Shown here: positions 19,947-30,507 of the stretch, one piece after another
How the letters are laid out: each line of letters opens with the position of its first letter
How positions within the stretch are numbered: the first letter of the stretch is position 1
Origin: an uncultured Gammaproteobacteria bacterium
Lineage (GTDB): Bacteria > Patescibacteriota > Microgenomatia > Levybacterales > GWA1-39-11
Length of the DNA stretch: 64,000 bases
Assembly (NCBI GenBank): GCA_964409875.1
Contig: CAYPEN010000003.1
Location: forward strand, 64,557-128,556
Direction of reading: 5' to 3'
The notes under the pieces: generated by a model
Database searches by the model: none
What the model was told of the DNA's origin: nothing
Seen by the model: only the letters and a program-made list of their open reading frames with translations
Program-made: the position numbers and the translations under genes

Positions 19947-21251
19947 CTACTCTTCAATATCATCTTCAGGGTCGTACGGTTCATCGTTCACTGGTTTTAT
20001 CAAGAAGTCCTTCATATCCCTATGTCCGATAATGACCGGGTATTTAAGGTTTGACCTGTCTACAATAGAGACAACCGTATTTATCTTCTTCCCACCCAGC
20101 GTAAATGTTGTTTTGGCAGTTGGCCGGAAGCTTTCACCGCTGGCAGATTTCACAAAAACCTTCTCGGAAAGCACCTGCATCCCGAGAAGTTCGGCGAATT
20201 TTCTGTCAACCGATGTCCTGTATGCACCTGTATCAAGCTTTGCCTTGACGGTTATCGGTTCACCGTTCCGGTAAAATGTAACCTCCTGGATGATGGTAAG
20301 TATCTTGGGGGATATAGACACTTTCTCGGAAAAGCTTTCGGTAAAAAGGTTTTTGGCAATTTCTACACCTCTTTCAGGGGTGGGAGTAATAATGTTTTCA
20401 ACGCGCTCTAAGCGAGAGCGAAGAGATGAACGGTTGGCATTTTGAATAGAAAGTCCAGGACGTGCATTAACCTCTAAAACCATTGGCCCCTCTTTGCCAT
20501 CGAAAACAATGTCAATACCGGCGTAGCCAAGCCCTGTTATTTCTTGTGCACGGGAGGCAAGAAGCAGTACCTGTTCCCAGTCGGGAATTTTAATCCCACG
20601 GGTTTTTATTTTTGTAGTGGGGATATGCGAAATTGGCTGGTCATAGAGAATCGCATTGGTCGTAATGCCCGTTCTTATATCGATTCCAAATCCTATTGCG
20701 CCCTGGTGAAGATTTGCTTTTCCGTGAGATTCTTCGGTTGAGAGCCTCATCATAGCCATAACGGGAATTTTGTTGAATGTTATGACTCTAATGTCGGGAA
20801 TGCCTACTCCCGTTAATTTCTTGAAAAATGGATGCGGATGAAGACGCTCCTCAATAAAAGCGTTATCGGGCAAAAATTTAAGTGAATAAGCTCCTTCAAG
20901 GATATCAAGAATATGGGATTCAAGTTGTTTGACAGTGTACGTTTGACCACTTGCTGTTGTTGCTACATTGTTCTCCCATTTTCTGATGGGAAGAATTCCG
21001 GATCCTGCATATCCTCTGGCTGGTTTTATGACAAAACCCCTTGTTGGAAGGTCACGCCATTCATAGTTTTTGATGGAATCTCTATCATAGAAAATTGAAA
21101 ACAAATTGGGCGTTTTTATCCCATTTTGTATCAAGACACTTTTCATCAATAATTTATCGTCAGCTATTTTTTTTGCTGCCGGTGGATTGTATCGTCTGAT
21201 GTATAAAAAATTCCGGGCGTTCATTCCCAGAATGTTTCTACTTACTGGCAT
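19947..21251 (-). CDS. ATP-grasp (RimK/alpha-L-glutamate ligase-like) protein fused to a C-terminal retropepsin-like aspartic protease domain (DUF785-like)
   Basis: N-terminal ~300-aa ATP-grasp (RimK-related). C-terminal KAKLDTGAYRTSVD carries the DTGA retropepsin signature, normally found in a separate partner protein. Confidence 0.7.
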   Translation of the reverse strand: MPVSRNILGMNARNFLYIRRYNPPAAKKIADDKLLMKSVLIQNGIKTPNLFSIFYDRDSIKNYEWRDLPTRGFVIKPARGYAGSGILPIRKWENNVATTASGQTYTVKQLESHILDILEGAYSLKFLPDNAFIEERLHPHPFFKKLTGVGIPDIRVITFNKIPVMAMMRLSTEESHGKANLHQGAIGFGIDIRTGITTNAILYDQPISHIPTTKIKTRGIKIPDWEQVLLLASRAQEITGLGYAGIDIVFDGKEGPMVLEVNARPGLSIQNANRSSLRSRLERVENIITPTPERGVEIAKNLFTESFSEKVSISPKILTIIQEVTFYRNGEPITVKAKLDTGAYRTSVDRKFAELLGMQVLSEKVFVKSASGESFRPTAKTTFTLGGKKINTVVSIVDRSNLKYPVIIGHRDMKDFLIKPVNDEPYDPEDDIEE

Positions 21252-22158
21252 GGCGGATTATAGAGGAAAACCTGAAATATTCCATAAGTCGTAATCCAAA
21301 GTAGCGGCCAACAATAATATTAAGAGGAATAAGTACCAGAATGAATTCAGGATAAAGAAGAATGGTGTTTCTTAGGTGGGTCGAGGAGAGAAGTAAAAAT
21401 CCCAGGATTCCAATAGCAAAAGTTACCATTGAAATTATTATCATTTCCTGTGCACTTCTTTCTTGCTGAACTGATATTATTTGTTCTGACAAAAGAATCA
21501 GAAGTAGCACCGGGAAAATGGAAAGCTGCTTTACGACGAGAATGCCTGCCATTGCGCTGACAGTCAGCGTTAAGAAAAGAAAGATGGAAACTATGAACAT
21601 TGAAAACGCCATTTTAGGCAACTGCATAATGCGGACTTTTTTGAGGAGTATGCGTGCGATAGTTGATGAGAAAATAATTGTTGCCAATAGGATAAGCCCT
21701 GCTGTTATTCCGGTTGAAAGCAGTGTGATGGAGAGTGCAACAGGTACGAGCATGCCGATGCTGGGAAGACCGATGACATGCCGTATAAAAGCAATAATTG
21801 TTGCAAGCATCGGGAGAAGCAGGATAAGGATTACTGTTCTTGATGGAACACCTGCCTTGACCGAGGCTTGGACAAGGAACGCCAAAATATTCCATCCATT
21901 GAGCTTGTCTGCAGGGCGCTGCTTGAAGAGAGCAAGCGCCTGCTCATCTTCCGGTCCTTCTGGCCGCGTGACATCCTGCTGTTGAATTTTTGCAATTTCT
22001 GCTGCTTCTTTTGCGGAGGCTGAAGCATTTGCTGAATCTGTCGCTGTTGCGACCGAAGGTGGATTTGGGAGCACATTGAATATATCTTGCGCCTGAACAT
22101 TTTTGACGAAGAAAGCAAAAAGAATAATAAAAAAGAGGCTTAAGAGAGTAAATTTCAT
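21238..22158 (-). CDS. Signal-peptide plus multi-TM (about 7 TM) membrane protein, partner of the ATP-grasp/protease gene
   Basis: Signal peptide MKFTLLSLFFIILFAFFVKNVQA, then a low-complexity extracellular segment and multiple TM helices. Overlaps the downstream ATP-grasp gene by 14 nt. Confidence 0.6.
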   Translation of the reverse strand: MKFTLLSLFFIILFAFFVKNVQAQDIFNVLPNPPSVATATDSANASASAKEAAEIAKIQQQDVTRPEGPEDEQALALFKQRPADKLNGWNILAFLVQASVKAGVPSRTVILILLLPMLATIIAFIRHVIGLPSIGMLVPVALSITLLSTGITAGLILLATIIFSSTIARILLKKVRIMQLPKMAFSMFIVSIFLFLTLTVSAMAGILVVKQLSIFPVLLLILLSEQIISVQQERSAQEMIIISMVTFAIGILGFLLLSSTHLRNTILLYPEFILVLIPLNIIVGRYFGLRLMEYFRFSSIIRHASK

Positions 22159-22195
22159 ACGTTTTATAGTATCAAATAAGCAAGTTGAGTTCAAC

Positions 22196-24031
22196 TTATG
22201 AGCGACGCGCTTGTATTTTGCGCTCGGTTGCAGAAAGGTATTTTTTCCGGAGGCGTATATTTTGCGGAGTTACCTCCAATAATTCGTCTGAATTGATAAA
22301 GTCTAATGCTTGTTCAAGCGACAATTCGGTAGGTGTATCAATTTGAACAGCAATATCAGATGTAGATGAGCGGATATTGGTCATTTTTTTGCCTTTCGTG
22401 ACATTTATTTCCATATCATGCTCTCTTGTCGAAATTCCAATTATCATGCCCTCATAGACAGGGGTATTAGGTTTAATAAATAAAGTTCCTCTTTCCTGTG
22501 CGTTTTCAAGTCCGTATGAGAGGGCAGTACCTGAGTCAAAAGAAATAAGCACTCCGGGCCGTGCATCTTCAACACTTGCTGCATCTTCTTTTGGAAAATA
22601 TCCCATAAAGAATGTGTTTAGTTCGACAGTGCCACGTGTTTTGGTAAGTAAAACGTTTCTGACCCCGAGCAGATTTTTACTCGAAACTTTATACACAAAC
22701 CGGGTTACATCTCCCGGTTCTTGCGTCATGTTTATCATGGTAGCCTTTCTTTTGGCAAATTCCTCAGATATAACCCCTATATAGTCTTTCGCAACATCAA
22801 TTGTCACTTCCTCAAATGGCTCACAGGTAACGCCGTCAATAGTCTTATAAATTACCTGTGGTTTTGAAATCTCAAGCTCAAATCCTTCACGCCTCATTGT
22901 TTCGATAAGAACGGCAAGGTGGAGTTCTCCCCGTCCTGAAACTGCAAAATTTGACGATGTGCTATCTTGTTCAATTTTGAGCCCAAGGTTTGTTTCTTTT
23001 TCTTTGAGTAGTCTCTCTTTGATTTGAGATGAGGAGAATAGTTTGCCTTCCTTTCCCAAGAATGGACTGGTGTTAGGCCCAATAGTAATTCTAATGGTAG
23101 GGTCTTCAACATGAATTTTTGGAAGGCTTTCAGGAGTTGCTGGGTCGGTAACGGTTTGACCTATGGTAAGCTCAGGGATTCCGGCAATGGCAACTATGTC
23201 TCCTGAAGAGACCTCATCTACCTCAACGCGGTCCAGCCCAACACTGGTGAACAATTTTTGTACTCTGCTTGTTGTAAGTACTTTCCCTTCATCAACCAAA
23301 GAGACCATATCTCCTTTTTTAAGCTTTCCACGGGTAACAGCTCCGATGCAAATTTTGCCCACATGGAGGTCTGTGTCTAAGGTAGAAATCAGCATTTGAA
23401 AAGGCTTGTCTTCATCTTTTACACTGTTAGGGATTTCATTTACTATTGCTTCAAAAAGAGGAGTTAAGTCACCCGGAGTATCTTCAGTGTAATTTTGAGG
23501 TAGTGTATCGAATGCTTTTCCGTCTCGTCCGACCGAATACAGCGTTTTGAAATTCAAATGGTCATCGTGAGTTGCCAGTTCCAAAAATAACCCTTCTGTC
23601 TCTTCAATAATTTCCAGGGGTCGTGCGTCTTTTTTGTCAATTTTATTTATAAGAAGAATGATTTTTAAGTGCTGCTCCAATGCCTTTTTTAGTACAAATT
23701 TGGTTTGTGGAAGAGGACCTTCGACTGCATCAACAAGAAGAATAGCTCCGTCGGCCATATTGAGGATTCTCTCTACTTCTCCTCCGAAATCTGCGTGACC
23801 GGGAGTATCGATGATATTAATTTTTACATCTTTGTATTTGACAGAGTTATTTTTAGACAAAATGGTGATGCCTTTTTCACGCTCAAGATCATTTGAGTCC
23901 ATGATGAGAGTCTCACTCATTTCCTTCTGATTGTCCCGGAAGGTGTGGGTTTGCTTGAGCAATGAATCCACGAGAGTAGTCTTCCCGTGGTCAACGTGGG
24001 CAATAATAGCAATATTCCTTATATTATTCAT
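22196..24031 (-). CDS. typA: Translational GTPase TypA/BipA
   Basis: GTPase motifs AHVDHGKTT and DTPGH with EF-G-like domain architecture; 611 aa. Confidence 0.95.
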   Translation of the reverse strand: MNNIRNIAIIAHVDHGKTTLVDSLLKQTHTFRDNQKEMSETLIMDSNDLEREKGITILSKNNSVKYKDVKINIIDTPGHADFGGEVERILNMADGAILLVDAVEGPLPQTKFVLKKALEQHLKIILLINKIDKKDARPLEIIEETEGLFLELATHDDHLNFKTLYSVGRDGKAFDTLPQNYTEDTPGDLTPLFEAIVNEIPNSVKDEDKPFQMLISTLDTDLHVGKICIGAVTRGKLKKGDMVSLVDEGKVLTTSRVQKLFTSVGLDRVEVDEVSSGDIVAIAGIPELTIGQTVTDPATPESLPKIHVEDPTIRITIGPNTSPFLGKEGKLFSSSQIKERLLKEKETNLGLKIEQDSTSSNFAVSGRGELHLAVLIETMRREGFELEISKPQVIYKTIDGVTCEPFEEVTIDVAKDYIGVISEEFAKRKATMINMTQEPGDVTRFVYKVSSKNLLGVRNVLLTKTRGTVELNTFFMGYFPKEDAASVEDARPGVLISFDSGTALSYGLENAQERGTLFIKPNTPVYEGMIIGISTREHDMEINVTKGKKMTNIRSSTSDIAVQIDTPTELSLEQALDFINSDELLEVTPQNIRLRKKYLSATERKIQARRS

Positions 24032-24045
24032 ATTAAAATTTTGCC

Positions 24046-24090
24046 GTTATATGAATGTAGCCTTAAAATTTTCAAATGAAACATTCATAT
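24046..24090. promoter_or_regulatory. 12-bp inverted repeat (TTATATGAATGT...ACATTCATATAA) in the typA/greA divergent region
   Basis: Perfect inverted repeat with a ~21-nt spacer. Possible operator or RNA hairpin. Confidence 0.4.
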
Positions 24091-24339
24091 AATAGCGATG
24101 TTACGTATTTGATTGTTCATATTAGCGTTAAAAAAGACACGCGGGCAAACGTGTCATCCTATGAAGCTGCACTTTAGTGCATCTTCTAGCTCAGCTTTTC
24201 TGCATGTGCTCATCATGTCCAACATTAGTTTGCAAAAGCAATTCGAAGGACAAAAATAAACCACGATATAACTCGTGGTTAATATCACATGCTATAGGTT
24301 CTATTATATCAGAAATAGGGTATAATAGCTACTAATTAT

Positions 24340-24798
24340 ATGAAACAAATTAAACGTATCCCGGTCACAAAGGAGGGGTTCGAAAAACTCCAAAATGAGC
24401 TCAAAAGACTGCAAGCCGAGCGTCCAACAGCTGTCAAAACGCTTGCCGAGGCTAGAGCTATGGGAGACCTTTCAGAAAATGGGCTTTACACAGCAGCCAA
24501 AGCACGGCTTCGCTCGATTGATAACGAAATGTTTCGCCTTGAAATTCAGATAAAGCTTGCTGATATTCGCGAATCGGACAACAGAACAGTCGGCATCGGT
24601 TCAAAAGTTGAGGTTTCTCAAGAAGGGGCAAAAACAACCTATTACATAGTGGGTGATTATGAGGCAAATCCTTTAGAGAGAAAAATTTCCCAGCATTCGC
24701 CTCTCGGACGGGTTTTGATAGGGAAAAAAGCAGGAGATACCGTTCAATTTGAAGCTCCAAAGGGCATAATTTCCTACAAAATAGAAAAAGTTTCTTAG
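24340..24798 (+). CDS. greA: Transcription elongation factor GreA
   Basis: 152 aa with an N-terminal coiled coil and a C-terminal FKBP-like domain. A TATAAT -10 element lies at 24321-24326. Confidence 0.9.
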   Translation: MKQIKRIPVTKEGFEKLQNELKRLQAERPTAVKTLAEARAMGDLSENGLYTAAKARLRSIDNEMFRLEIQIKLADIRESDNRTVGIGSKVEVSQEGAKTTYYIVGDYEANPLERKISQHSPLGRVLIGKKAGDTVQFEAPKGIISYKIEKVS

Positions 24799-24813
24799 TG
24801 TTATACTCTTTGT

Positions 24814-25365
24814 GTGTCACGAAGAAAAGTTAACCTAATAGCCTCAATTTTATTATTCCTCGCCTTTTTTGGTTATTCATCCTACAAACAATATTATCCT
24901 TCAAAAAAAGTTCTTTCACTTCAGGAACAAAAGCAAACAACGACGCAAACACAGGTAGTAAAAATAATTGACGGAGATACTATTGAAGTGCTGATTGATG
25001 GGAAAAAGGAAAAAGTACGCGTTCTCGGAATAAATACCCCCGAAACCGTCGACCCTAGGCGTCCTGTTGAATGTTTTGGCAAAGAAGCTTCAGATAAGGC
25101 AAAAAGCCTGTTGTCTAACCAATCGGTTCGTTTGGAGTCTGACCCGACACAGAATGACCGCGATAAATACGGCAGGCTCTTGCGGTATGTTTTTCTCTCT
25201 GACGGTACCGATTATGGACTCACCATGATAAAAGATGGATATGCGTATGAATATACATACGAAATTCCGTATAAATTCCAAAAAGAATATAAAAAAGCCC
25301 AAAGTGAGGCAGAAAATAGACAGGAGGGATTATGGTCTAGTGCTACGTGTAAAGGGAATGAATAG
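24814..25365 (+). CDS. Thermonuclease (staphylococcal nuclease-like), membrane-anchored
   Basis: SNase fold motifs (VIDGDTIEV...RVLGINTPE...RLLRYVF...DGYAYEY) and an N-terminal TM helix. Confidence 0.85.
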   Translation: MSRRKVNLIASILLFLAFFGYSSYKQYYPSKKVLSLQEQKQTTTQTQVVKIIDGDTIEVLIDGKKEKVRVLGINTPETVDPRRPVECFGKEASDKAKSLLSNQSVRLESDPTQNDRDKYGRLLRYVFLSDGTDYGLTMIKDGYAYEYTYEIPYKFQKEYKKAQSEAENRQEGLWSSATCKGNE

Positions 25366-25367
25366 TG

Positions 25368-25592
25368 CTATTCTGAAAGTAACACAGCTTCGTATCCGGT
25401 TTTTTTGACAGTTTCAAGAAGAGTATTTGTGTCGACTTTTCCATCTTCAAATTCAACCTCAGTTATCTGTTTTGCGTAGCTTGTTTGGGCTTTTTTTACT
25501 CCCTCTACATCTTCAAGATCAAAATCTATGTTCATCGCACATGATGAACAGTGCATGCCCGTAATTTTCAATTTCTTTGTCACATTGCTCAT
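25368..25592 (-). CDS. copZ: Copper chaperone CopZ (HMA domain)
   Basis: GMHCSSC metal-binding motif; 74 aa. Confidence 0.85.
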   Translation of the reverse strand: MSNVTKKLKITGMHCSSCAMNIDFDLEDVEGVKKAQTSYAKQITEVEFEDGKVDTNTLLETVKKTGYEAVLLSE

Positions 25593-26749
25593 ATTACTTC
25601 AATCACCCCCCGGTACATCCCCATTGCGCAGGTGAATGGGATTCTCCCTGCCTCTGTTGGTGTAAAAGTTATGGTTTGAGTTTCGTTTGCGGCAAGATTG
25701 CGGGCAATGCCAAGAGAGGGAATTCGGAAAGCAGATGAACAGCTGTAAGCATCAATACTCTTAAGGGTAAGGGTAACCGTTTCACCTTTTTTGACACGGA
25801 TATAATTTGGGGAATAGCCCGAAGCGGTGATTTCAATAGTTGGACTTTGATTAATCGGAATTGTCTGTTGTACGTTTATCTGATTTGAAGAGGGAAGTTT
25901 TATCTTTTCACCAATTGCCTGCAAAGTTATCGGTGAGCCAAAAGCGGTAAGCGACCCATTAATTGCGCTAATTCCAAGATAGATAACAATAACTGCCGCA
26001 ATTTTGAAAAATTTTGTCTTGAATGACTCACCCAAAAGTGAAGTTACTGCTCCAATTCCAAAAAAGAGAGGTGTAGTCCCTAAAATAAATGCTGCCATGA
26101 TGAGACCTCCCATAAATACATTAGAGCTACTGATAGCCAATGCTTCCATAGCAAGGGTCGTTCCACAGGGGATAAATATGGTCATTGCCCCAAGCAAAGC
26201 CGGCGCAAAGAAGTCTTTGGACTTTGATTGGTTGCGGACAAGCCGGGTTAAGAACCGTGGAGGCTGGATAATGACGTACCGAAAAATAGGATGGATATTA
26301 AGTAAATTCATGGCAACAAGCACCATATAGACACCGGCTGCAAGTTGCATGAAGGCTTGAACTTTCCCGCCGATATTTAATGCCCCGCCAAAAGCCCCCA
26401 ATACCAATCCTAGAGCGGTATAGGCAACCAGTTTTGAGGCAAGAAATGCACCGGTTGCGATGAGAGCATGTTTGCCGACTTTTGAAGTGCTTGTTTCCTC
26501 CCGTGCAGCAATTATCGAGGCTAAAAGTCCACCCTGAACTGCAAGGCACGTGAGTCCTCCAACGGTTAGTCCGGTGATAAATATGACAAAAAGATTGATA
26601 TTTCCCGCTTTTGGTACAGGTACGGAAGGGAGAGTAGTTTGCGAGGGAGAATTTTGTAGGGTCGCAAGCATGAAAAGTAGATAGCCAATGAGTACAACGG
26701 CGGCAGCAAATACCCACAAAAGCATTTTGAGTGTTGATTTGTTTTCCAT
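25589..26749 (-). CDS. Polytopic membrane permease-like protein with C-terminal cupredoxin-like domain
   Basis: About 8 TM helices (TauE/DsbD-like fold). The C-terminal ~100 aa resembles the downstream cupredoxin_1 domain (FTCAMGMYRGVIEV compared with [14 protein letters not shown]). Confidence 0.6.
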   Translation of the reverse strand: MENKSTLKMLLWVFAAAVVLIGYLLFMLATLQNSPSQTTLPSVPVPKAGNINLFVIFITGLTVGGLTCLAVQGGLLASIIAAREETSTSKVGKHALIATGAFLASKLVAYTALGLVLGAFGGALNIGGKVQAFMQLAAGVYMVLVAMNLLNIHPIFRYVIIQPPRFLTRLVRNQSKSKDFFAPALLGAMTIFIPCGTTLAMEALAISSSNVFMGGLIMAAFILGTTPLFFGIGAVTSLLGESFKTKFFKIAAVIVIYLGISAINGSLTAFGSPITLQAIGEKIKLPSSNQINVQQTIPINQSPTIEITASGYSPNYIRVKKGETVTLTLKSIDAYSCSSAFRIPSLGIARNLAANETQTITFTPTEAGRIPFTCAMGMYRGVIEVI

Positions 26750-26751
26750 AA

Positions 26752-28989
26752 TTATGTTCTTGAAAGCTTGAGCCTTTTTAAGAGCAGTGAATTACTCACA
26801 ACTGAAATAGAGCTTGAGGCCATCGCCGCTGAGGCGAATATCGGATTCAGCAACAGTCCAAAGAATGGATAAAGGGCTCCCATAGCAACTGGTATCAATA
26901 TAATATTATAGCCAAAAGCCCAGAAGAGGTTAAGCTTTATAGTTCTCATCGTCTTTTTTGAAAGTTTTATGGCAGATGCGACGGAACGAAGATCGCGGTT
27001 AATAAGTGTAATGCCGGCTGTTTCTATCGCAACATCAGTACCACTTCCCATCGCAATACCGATATCTGCAGCAGCAAGCGCAGGCGCGTCGTTTATCCCG
27101 TCTCCCACCATTGCAACAACTTTTCCTTCGTTTTGAATTTTTCTGACTTCCTGCTCTTTCTCTTCCGGCAGAACTTCCGACAGAACTCTTTTTATCCCCA
27201 GGCTTTGGGCGATAGCCTCAGCTGTTCTTTTGTTGTCTCCCGTCATCATCACTACCTCAATACCTTTTTTCGTAAGCTCGTTTATTCCTTCTCTAGCGCT
27301 TTCTTTAACGGTATCCATAACAGCAATAAGTCCAAGAAGAGTTGTTTCGAATGCCAAAAACATAACTGTTTTTCCCTCTCTTTCTAAATTTTCGACATTA
27401 TCCAGATAGTTTGCGACTTTGACGCCCATACTTTCCATCAGTTTTCTATTACCAAAAAACACTTGTTTCCCGCTTATGACTCCTTCTACCCCGTGTCCCG
27501 GAATTGCTTTGAATTTTTCAACCGGAAGAGAGGGGATATTGTCACTTTCTGCCTTTTTCACAATGGCCTCAGCAAGGGAGTGCTCAGACCCTTTCTCAAG
27601 AGACGAGGCAACGCGAAGAACTGTGTCGGGTGGTGCATCGTGCGTGGGGATGATGTCTGTAACCTCAGGCTTACCGTTTGTGAGGGTTCCTGTTTTGTCA
27701 AAAATGATGGCTTTTACTTTGTGTGCTATTTCAAGGCTTTGTGCGTCTTTGATGAGTATTCCGTTCTGCGCCCCAATACCTGTCCCCACCATGATAGCGG
27801 TGGGTGTTGCAAGACCCATTGCACACGGGCAAGCAATGATAAGTACAGCAACCGTATTAAGAAGGGCATAGAGAAAAGCCGGAGAAGGACCGAATACGTA
27901 CCAAACGGCAAACGTTGCAATAGAAAGCATGATTACGATAGGTACAAAATAGGAGGATATGGTATCGGCAACTCTTTGGATAGGCGCTTTTGAACCTTGA
28001 GCATTTTCAACCAGAGTTATTATTTGTGCCAACATTGTTTGTCCTCCTACTTTTTCGGCTCTATAGGTAAAAGTACCGGATTTATTAAGAGTTGCCCCTA
28101 CAACGTTGTCCCCCTGTGCTTTGTCAACAGGTATACTTTCTCCTGTTATCATAGACTCATCAACCGCCGACTCGCCTTCCAGTATAACTCCATCAACCGG
28201 TATTTTTTCTCCCGGCCTGACTCTTACCACGTCCCCGATGATAACTTCGCTTATGGGAATATCAATTTCCTTGTCATCACGCATGACCCGTGCAGTTTTT
28301 GCTTGAAGTGAGAGGAGTTTTTTGATGGCCTCCGACGTACCAGCCTTTGCTTTCGCTTCAAAAAATCTCCCCAGAAGTATTAGGGCTATTACAATTGTAG
28401 CAACATCAAAGTAGGGCATCGGCTCTATCCCGACAGCGCTTATGACTTTTGGCATCAACGTAACTAATACCGAATATGAAAATGCAGCGGTCGTACCGAT
28501 CGCAACAAGAGTATCCATATTTGCGCTTCTATGGCGAAGAGAGGGTATGGTTGCCTTATAAAAGGTAAGCCCTGGCCAGAATTGGACGATAGAGGCTAGG
28601 GCAAGTTGCAGATAAAAATTCTTAAGGAAAAAAGGTGCAAAATCAATAAGCCCAGGGAAGCTTCCCCACAGTATAAGTAGTCCTATCGTAAGACTCACGA
28701 TAACTTTTAGGCGGAGTGACTTCAGTTCCCTTGCCTTCTCTTCTTGCTCTTTTTTCTCATCAACTTTTTCCCCTTCAATCATTGCTGTGTATCCGACTTG
28801 GGCGACCGCTGACTCCATTTGTTTTGGAGTGCAGGCAGAATCGTCATAGTTGACGGTTGCTTTCTCGGTTGCGAGGTTAACAGTTGCCGATTCGACGCCG
28901 CTAACTTTTGTTAATGCCCGCTCGAGCACCCTGACGCAGGACGCGCAGTGCATGCCTTTTATTGGAAATGTTTTGGTGACTTGAGCCAT
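26752..28989 (-). CDS. copA: Copper-translocating P1B-type ATPase
   Basis: N-terminal HMA (GMHCASC), CPC motif in TM6, and DKTGTLT phosphorylation site. Confidence 0.95.
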   Translation of the reverse strand: MAQVTKTFPIKGMHCASCVRVLERALTKVSGVESATVNLATEKATVNYDDSACTPKQMESAVAQVGYTAMIEGEKVDEKKEQEEKARELKSLRLKVIVSLTIGLLILWGSFPGLIDFAPFFLKNFYLQLALASIVQFWPGLTFYKATIPSLRHRSANMDTLVAIGTTAAFSYSVLVTLMPKVISAVGIEPMPYFDVATIVIALILLGRFFEAKAKAGTSEAIKKLLSLQAKTARVMRDDKEIDIPISEVIIGDVVRVRPGEKIPVDGVILEGESAVDESMITGESIPVDKAQGDNVVGATLNKSGTFTYRAEKVGGQTMLAQIITLVENAQGSKAPIQRVADTISSYFVPIVIMLSIATFAVWYVFGPSPAFLYALLNTVAVLIIACPCAMGLATPTAIMVGTGIGAQNGILIKDAQSLEIAHKVKAIIFDKTGTLTNGKPEVTDIIPTHDAPPDTVLRVASSLEKGSEHSLAEAIVKKAESDNIPSLPVEKFKAIPGHGVEGVISGKQVFFGNRKLMESMGVKVANYLDNVENLEREGKTVMFLAFETTLLGLIAVMDTVKESAREGINELTKKGIEVVMMTGDNKRTAEAIAQSLGIKRVLSEVLPEEKEQEVRKIQNEGKVVAMVGDGINDAPALAAADIGIAMGSGTDVAIETAGITLINRDLRSVASAIKLSKKTMRTIKLNLFWAFGYNIILIPVAMGALYPFFGLLLNPIFASAAMASSSISVVSNSLLLKRLKLSRT

Positions 28990-28990
28990 A

Positions 28991-29368
28991 TCACTTTATG
29001 ATTATCTTCCCGTGATACATATTCATGCCGCACGAGTATTTGAATTCTCCTTTCTTTTGGGGTGTTATCTCAACGGTAACCGTTTCATTCAGAGGAAGAT
29101 ATTTCCTTATCTTCAAATCGCCGAGCACTACTTCCTCAAGGCAACCGCTCGAATCTTTTCTGATGAAATTTAGTTTCGTAGTTTTACCCTTCGGTATGAC
29201 GACCGCTTCAGGGTTATATCCTCCCTCAACAATAATATCAACAGACCCATTAGCCACAACTTCTCTTTGGTCTTTCATGAGAAAAAACCAGTGGACAAAG
29301 CCTATTCCTAAAATACTTCCTACCAAAACTAAGATTTTATCTATTGGCATATTAGTCACCGCATTCAA
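28991..29368 (-). CDS. Cupredoxin-like (cupredoxin_1) domain protein, membrane-anchored
   Basis: 125 aa with an N-terminal TM helix and the C-terminal motif SCGMNMYHG. Confidence 0.7.
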   Translation of the reverse strand: MNAVTNMPIDKILVLVGSILGIGFVHWFFLMKDQREVVANGSVDIIVEGGYNPEAVVIPKGKTTKLNFIRKDSSGCLEEVVLGDLKIRKYLPLNETVTVEITPQKKGEFKYSCGMNMYHGKIIIK

Positions 29369-29888
29369 TACTTTCTTTTTCTTTTTTTTCTATATATTGT
29401 TTGCTAACCGCGTCTTTTTCATGGGTTGTGGAATTACTACCAAGAAGTATGACCATGCTTTCATAAGGAGTAATCCTGGTGTTCTGGAAATCCTTTACCT
29501 CTTTGCCATTTACATATGCCTTTGCCTTTGAGTAGTCAATGGGGTAGTGGATATTGGTAAAAAGGTCGCGCCAGTAAGCTTGTTCACGCTCGACGTGCAC
29601 GAGGTCACCAACCTGGTCATGAAGATGCGCCTTTTCGGCTTGTATATCCTCATCACTGTGATTTCCCTTCACATCATCGCAAGGTTTTACTCTCATATAC
29701 TTAAAATCTGAAAAGTCTATTTTTTTGTCGTTTTGGAAGACGACGAAGCCTGCGTGATAGTGGATTTCTTTTGGTGTAGTGAGAAATTTGTATCCAAAAA
29801 ATCCCCCAATAACTATTCCTATCAGGAGTAACGTCCCAAAAACTGCAATAATATTCCTTTTTTTTAATAACCCCATTCTTTGTACCAT
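29352..29888 (-). CDS. Hypothetical membrane-anchored His-rich protein in the copper operon
   Basis: N-terminal TM helix and several His-containing motifs. No family recognised. Confidence 0.5.
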   Translation of the reverse strand: MVQRMGLLKKRNIIAVFGTLLLIGIVIGGFFGYKFLTTPKEIHYHAGFVVFQNDKKIDFSDFKYMRVKPCDDVKGNHSDEDIQAEKAHLHDQVGDLVHVEREQAYWRDLFTNIHYPIDYSKAKAYVNGKEVKDFQNTRITPYESMVILLGSNSTTHEKDAVSKQYIEKKEKESIECGD

Positions 29889-30505
29889 AGGCGCATTTGA
29901 TTTATCTCCTTTGTCTGTGAATCAATAATGTTTTGGGCAAGCTTTTTCATTTCCGGTCGTATTGTTCCGTTCTTAAGCATTGTTGCCATCATAACTGCCA
30001 TTTGGTGATGCGGAATCATCTCCTCTATAAATTCTTTATCAAAGTTTTCTGCCGATTTGAGTGACTCTGCGTCGATATCGCTTCCCATCATGCCCATGTG
30101 CATAGATCCGTTTCCTTGCATCATTCCATGCGTATCCATCACATCATTGTCTTCCGGTGGCTGCTTCCCGAACCATTCCTCATACCATCCTTTCATTTGT
30201 TCAATTTCTTTTGATTGGGCAGTGATGATATTTTGGGCGAGAGTTTTGATTTCACTGTGAGTTGCTTTTTCAAGAGCTGTTGTACTCATTGTAATTGCAT
30301 CTTTGTGATGAGGGATCATCTGTTCTATAAAATGGCTATCGAGTGCATCGGAATTCGTAATTCTATTTTCCTGTACAGTATTTTTTCCCCACATCATTTG
30401 TCCAAGGGAAGAATAACGACCGGAGGGTGGGGTTGGCAAAATAAGCCAAACAGCAAGGCCTCCAAGAATTGCGCCAATCACCCCATATGTTAGTTTTTTA
30501 TCCAT
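29864..30505 (-). CDS. DUF305 domain protein (copper-resistance associated)
   Basis: Two DUF305 repeats (IEQMIPHHKDAI... and IEEMIPHHQMAV...). Confidence 0.8.
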   Translation of the reverse strand: MDKKLTYGVIGAILGGLAVWLILPTPPSGRYSSLGQMMWGKNTVQENRITNSDALDSHFIEQMIPHHKDAITMSTTALEKATHSEIKTLAQNIITAQSKEIEQMKGWYEEWFGKQPPEDNDVMDTHGMMQGNGSMHMGMMGSDIDAESLKSAENFDKEFIEEMIPHHQMAVMMATMLKNGTIRPEMKKLAQNIIDSQTKEINQMRLWYKEWGY

Positions 30506-30507
30506 AT

